Assembly (NCBI GenBank): GCA_964566905.1
Contig: CAZMJV010000005.1
Coordinates: 1-58,241, forward strand
Reading direction: 5' to 3'
Source of the DNA: an uncultured Coriobacteriia bacterium
GTDB lineage: Bacteria; Actinomycetota; Coriobacteriia; Coriobacteriales; CAZMJV01
DNA: 58,241 nucleotides
Shown: positions 54,421 to 58,241 of the stretch, piece after piece
Position numbering within the stretch: position 1 is the stretch's first letter
Layout: the number at the start of each line of letters is the position of its first letter
Notes under the pieces: generated by a model
What the model was told of the DNA's origin: nothing
Databases searched by the model: none
Seen by the model: the letters and a program-made list of their open reading frames with translations, nothing else
Made by a program: the position numbers and the translations under genes

Positions 54421-55533
54421 TTACCCCAAACGCTTCAGTTCGTATGATCGGGAACCGAGCCCGTGCTCCTGCGCATACTCCAGGGCGATCGTGCCGTCGA
54501 CTCCCGAGAGCGTCTTGAACTTGTCCTCGCCCGCTGACATGCCCGCGCCTCGCGTCCCCGCAAGCCCGGTCGCCGCGACGACGAGATCGTAGGCCGCCTG
54601 GTCTATCGCGACAGGGTCGGTCGAAGCGAGCACGCCGATGTCGGGCACGACCCCCGCCTCCGAGAAGGACCAGCAGTCGCACTCGGGCGTCACGTCGGTC
54701 ACGAAGGAGAGGTAGACGACCTTCCCCTCCTTGCCCGTCAGGACCCCGGCGGTGTGCTCGACGATCTTCTCCTGGATCGCGGCCGCGTCGGTCTTCCACT
54801 GCACGGCTATCGCGCCCGACGCACATGCGGCAACGCATTCTCCGCATCCGTAACAGAGGTCGTAGTCGAACACGGGAATACCCTTCACGATCGTGATGGC
54901 ATTCACGGGGCACCATTTCTCGCACCTCCGGCACGAGATACATTTCTCGGCCACCACCGTGGGCTTGAAGTCCGAGTGCATGCGCTGCTTCGCGCTCCTG
55001 CATCCCAAGCCCATACCGACGTTCTTGAACGCGCCCCCGAAGCCCGTCTCGCCATGACCCTTCACGTGGCTCACCACGACCATCGCGTCGGCGTGCACGG
55101 CGGCCGCTCCGATACGGACCGAATCGAAGTGCTTGTATCCCTCGATCGGGACATCGACCGAGTCACGGCCGTCGATGCCGTCCGCGATGACGATGGGCGC
55201 CTCCACGGTGGCGTATGAGAACCCGTGACGAATCGCCTGGGTGATGTGGTCGACTGCGTTCATCCGTTGGCCGGAGTAGAGCGTGTTGGCGTCGGTGAGG
55301 AACGGCTTTCCGCCTGCGGCCTTGATACGCGCGACCACCTCGCGGATATACATCGGCTGGACGAAGCCGGTGTTGCCCTCCTCGCCGAAGTGCATCTTAA
55401 CGGCGACGAAATCCCCCTCGGCTATCGCGCCGGCGAGCCCGGCCCTCTCAAGCAACGTGCCGGCGCGCTTAACGAGCGACGTCTTCTTGTCGGATTGCAC
55501 GGGCGTGAACCAGACCACTGACTTGTCTGACAT
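54421..55533 (-). CDS. DUF362-domain protein with inserted 2x[4Fe-4S] ferredoxin domain
   Basis: It has FVAVKMHFGEEGNTGFVQP..GGKPFLTDANTLY and the cluster motifs CISCRRCEKWCP and CYGCGECVAAC. GAGGAG precedes the ATG. Confidence 0.82.
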   Translation of the reverse strand: MSDKSVVWFTPVQSDKKTSLVKRAGTLLERAGLAGAIAEGDFVAVKMHFGEEGNTGFVQPMYIREVVARIKAAGGKPFLTDANTLYSGQRMNAVDHITQAIRHGFSYATVEAPIVIADGIDGRDSVDVPIEGYKHFDSVRIGAAAVHADAMVVVSHVKGHGETGFGGAFKNVGMGLGCRSAKQRMHSDFKPTVVAEKCISCRRCEKWCPVNAITIVKGIPVFDYDLCYGCGECVAACASGAIAVQWKTDAAAIQEKIVEHTAGVLTGKEGKVVYLSFVTDVTPECDCWSFSEAGVVPDIGVLASTDPVAIDQAAYDLVVAATGLAGTRGAGMSAGEDKFKTLSGVDGTIALEYAQEHGLGSRSYELKRLG

Positions 55534-55665
55534 GTGCGCTCCTCGCTCCGGAATTACTTCGCGTCCGATGATACCAATGTACGGATACGAAAATCAGGGG
55601 AGCCCTCAGAGCACTCCTTCGGCCGTATCCCTATACGTCGCATGGAACCCGACTCTCAGCGTGAA

Positions 55666-56490
55666 TCAGAAGGAGACGATCAGTCCGCCCTCGCCCGCAT
55701 ACGTCGCCATGGTGGAGCCCATTTCGTTGACTACGAAACCTCTCGGATGACACTGCTCATCCAAGGCCTGTCGGAGCGCCTCGGCGTCAGCCGGGTTGTT
55801 GAAGTGGGTGATGCCCACTTCGCGGTCGGAGAGGTCCGGCCGCGACCCGTGAATCGTGTCGACCGCGCGGTGGAGGAGCCTCTTGTGACCGTGCACCTTC
55901 TCCATGAGCACGACCGCACCGTCGTCGTCGCGCAGCATCAGCCTGATGTCGAGAGCTTTGGACAGACTCCCCTGGAAGCGGGTGAGCCGGCCGCCTTTCA
56001 CGATGTTCTCCAAGGTGTTGAGAAGCACGAGCGTCGTCATCTCGTCCCGGCGCGTGGTCAACTCGGCCACGATGTCGTCAATGGCACTTCCTTGGGCGGC
56101 GAGTTCGCACGCACGAACGACCTGGAGCCCCTGGCCTGGAGAGCCGGTGAGACTGTCGAAGACGATCACCTCGCGCTCGGAGAGATCGCGTCCGAGACAG
56201 GCGGACTGGTACGTCCCGCTTAGTTTCGAGGAGATCGTGATGCAGAGGACCGGTCCGTCTGACGAGAGGGTATCGAACGCCTCGGCGAATGCTCCGGGTG
56301 AGGGTGCCGCGGTCTTGGGAAGCTGGGTGCTGAGCGCCATCTTCGCGTAGAACTCGCGCGGGGTGATGTCGATCCCCTCGCGGAATTCCTCGCCGTCGAT
56401 GTCGACCGACAGAGGCACGATCGTGATGCCGTGGCGATCAATCAACTCCCGGGGTAAATCGCACGAGCTGTCTGTGACGACATGCAACAT
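55666..56490 (-). CDS. DegV-family fatty-acid-binding protein
   Basis: The sequence is MLHVVTDSSCDLPRELIDRHGITIVPLSVDIDGEEFREGIDITPREFY... The start is set at ATG 56490. Confidence 0.88.
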   Translation of the reverse strand: MLHVVTDSSCDLPRELIDRHGITIVPLSVDIDGEEFREGIDITPREFYAKMALSTQLPKTAAPSPGAFAEAFDTLSSDGPVLCITISSKLSGTYQSACLGRDLSEREVIVFDSLTGSPGQGLQVVRACELAAQGSAIDDIVAELTTRRDEMTTLVLLNTLENIVKGGRLTRFQGSLSKALDIRLMLRDDDGAVVLMEKVHGHKRLLHRAVDTIHGSRPDLSDREVGITHFNNPADAEALRQALDEQCHPRGFVVNEMGSTMATYAGEGGLIVSF

Positions 56491-56736
56491 TCGGATTCCC
56501 CTTTCCGAGATGACCTCGGATGCCCTGACACCGCTCACCTTGCTCGTGCTGCGTGTAAAAGCCACCTAGAGATTACCACATGGGTATCTGAACAGCCGTT
56601 CCACGGGTCGTCATGCTGCGGCGGTTTACAGAGCGTCCCTGCAGGGAATGCACCTGCAAAACTGGAAGGCGCGGCTGCCCCCCTGACTATGCCCATTATT
56701 GTGCCGAGGGCACGCGCCGCAACCGAAGTGGAGTTG

Positions 56737-58241
56737 ATGGCGATGCTCACCCGGCGAGACTTCATTAAGTGGAGCGCAGCAGCAGGCACCTGGATGTACG
56801 TCAGCGGGCTCACCGGATCGGCGCGATTCTTGGAGCGGGCATTCGCCGCCATCCCCGGAGGCACGCTCGATCCGGCTTCGATACCCAAGTACGCCACGCC
56901 CCTCCTGATCCCGCCCGTGATGCCGCGAGCAGGGACGATCAAGCTCAAGGGCGGCAAGAACGCAGACTATTACGAGATCTCGGTGAAGCAGCTCACGCAG
57001 CAGATTCTCCCCGCCTCGCTTCCTGCCACCACCGTCTGGGGCTACGGGGCCATCAAGTCTGCCAGCAGAAGTGGTCTACTCCTGCATCACGCACCTTCTC
57101 TCACGATAGAGGCACAAGCGGGCACCCCGGTTCGGGTGAAGTGGATCAACGACTTGAAGGACGCTACCGGCAAATTCCTCCCCCACCTGCTGCCCGTCGA
57201 CCCGACGCTGCACTGGGCGAACCCTCCCGGAGGACCCTCTGGCTCCGACATGCGGCCGACGTTCGAGACGACTCCCAGCGCGTACGACGGACCCGTGCCG
57301 ATGTGCACGCATGTCCACGGAGCTGTCGGTGTGGCAGACGACAGCGACGGCTATGCGGAGGCTTGGTACCTGCCCGACGCGACCGACATCCCCGCCGGAT
57401 ATGCGACCGTCGGCAATTGGTACAACTTCTTCAAGGCCAAGGCGTCCACGAACTACGGCGTCACATGGGGTCCCGGCTTCGCCACGTTCCAATACCCCAA
57501 CAAGAACCGGGCTTCTACCGTCTGGTACCACGACCACACGCTTGGTATGACACGCGTGAACGTCTACGCGGGTCCGGCCGGCTTCTACATCATTCGCGGG
57601 GGTCCTGCCGGAGACAAGGCCGTTCGCGACTCGGCGACTGGTCTGCCTGCCGTCCTTCCCGGTCCGGCCCCCAAGGAAGGCGAGAAGTTCCCCTCCAACA
57701 AGCCCTACTTCGAGATTCCGATCGCTATCCAGGACAGAGCGTTCAACTCCGACGGGACGCTGTTCTATCCCGATTCCCGCGAGTTCTTCGACGGAGCGAC
57801 CGCGAGTGACCCGGGCTACATCCCCGACACCGACCTCTCTCCGATTTGGAACCCCGAGTTCTTCGGTAACACGATCATGGTGAACGGGAACACATGGCCG
57901 TTCCTCAACGTCGAGAAGCGCCGCTATCGCTTCCGTTTCCTGAACGGGTGCCAGGCTCGCTTCCTCGTCCTGGACTTCACCGGCATCACGGGCGTCCAAG
58001 TCTGGCAGATCGGCAACGAGGGCGGGTTCCTCTCCGCCCCGGTGGACCTGACGGCCGCAGGCAACACCCTGCTCATGGGCTTGGCCGAGCGCGCCGACAT
58101 CATCGTCGACTTCACCAACGTGCCCGTCGGCAGCTACGTTCTCAGCAACTCAGGTCCCGACGAACCGTTCGGCGGAGGCGAATTCACGCCCTCCGACCCG
58201 GATTCCACCGGTCAGATCATGCAGTTCCGCGTAGGGCCTGC
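56737..58241 (+). CDS. Tat-secreted multicopper oxidase (CotA/bilirubin-oxidase-like), 3' end beyond window
   Basis: Missing from the ORF track because it is open at the window end. My translation is MAMLTRRDFIKWSAAAGTWMYVSG.. (twin-arginine signal). The MCO copper motifs are CTHVHGAVG (HxH) and VWYHDHTLG (HxH). An alternative start is ATG 56743. Confidence 0.88.
   Translation, partial: MAMLTRRDFIKWSAAAGTWMYVSGLTGSARFLERAFAAIPGGTLDPASIPKYATPLLIPPVMPRAGTIKLKGGKNADYYEISVKQLTQQILPASLPATTVWGYGAIKSASRSGLLLHHAPSLTIEAQAGTPVRVKWINDLKDATGKFLPHLLPVDPTLHWANPPGGPSGSDMRPTFETTPSAYDGPVPMCTHVHGAVGVADDSDGYAEAWYLPDATDIPAGYATVGNWYNFFKAKASTNYGVTWGPGFATFQYPNKNRASTVWYHDHTLGMTRVNVYAGPAGFYIIRGGPAGDKAVRDSATGLPAVLPGPAPKEGEKFPSNKPYFEIPIAIQDRAFNSDGTLFYPDSREFFDGATASDPGYIPDTDLSPIWNPEFFGNTIMVNGNTWPFLNVEKRRYRFRFLNGCQARFLVLDFTGITGVQVWQIGNEGGFLSAPVDLTAAGNTLLMGLAERADIIVDFTNVPVGSYVLSNSGPDEPFGGGEFTPSDPDSTGQIMQFRVGP

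Noticed and set aside
52883-54592. 569-aa plus-strand ORF rich in Asp/Arg/Glu/His runs
   Set aside because: It is antisense to rsmI and the polytopic membrane protein. Its extreme charged low-complexity composition mirrors hydrophobic codons on the other strand.

Overview
GC-rich 58.2-kb chromosomal window. It looks like a high-GC Gram-positive anaerobe, probably Coriobacteriia-like; this is inferred from gene content and Firmicutes-like synteny, and no search was run. I call about 58 protein genes and one tRNA-Gln. I found no rRNA, CRISPR array, transposase, integrase or prophage. Every gene from 1 to 24991 is on the minus strand, and many neighbouring genes are joined by 4-nt GTGA or ATGA stop/start overlaps.

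Gene content, left to right:
- Two tandem paralogous sortase-type surface proteins, the first open at the window edge.
- gatCAB, ligA and lipA.
- A tight copper/thiol-redox cluster: a membrane-anchored double-CxxC thioredoxin-like protein, CcdA, an Lpd-type flavoprotein, a palindromic operator candidate, a small membrane ORF, a DsbD_2::2x His-less cupredoxin fusion, CopA, a tandem-repeat lipoprotein and a Rieske protein.
- metH-metV-metF plus a translationally coupled 4-TM protein.
- An orphan Dam-like (D12 class) DNA methyltransferase and a nitroreductase.
- A thioester-domain (TQXA) adhesin behind a structured leader.
- A divergent locus of a GltS-like FMN protein and PadR plus an Fe-S flavoprotein.
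- An ApgM-like 'proposed homoserine kinase', a GNAT and thrC.
- A cell-wall hydrolase module: a coiled-coil NlpC/P60, a micro-ORF and a membrane-anchored LytM-like protein.
- DUF951, an ACT protein and a UPF0210 protein.
- An orphan LytTR response regulator, nfnAB and a coiled-coil M23 peptidase.
- A block (pth-ctc-prs-glmU-tRNA-ispE-veg-rsmA-tatD-metG-abrB-rsmI) collinear with the Bacillus subtilis origin-proximal region.
- A polytopic membrane protein, a DUF362 ferredoxin protein, DegV and a Tat-signal multicopper oxidase truncated at the window end.

The most system-like and least explained part is the copper/thiol-redox cluster at 10104..18795. All functional calls rest on motifs I recognised by eye in the translations. 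Many long ORFs in the supplied track are antisense or out-of-frame artefacts of the high GC content, and I rejected them.
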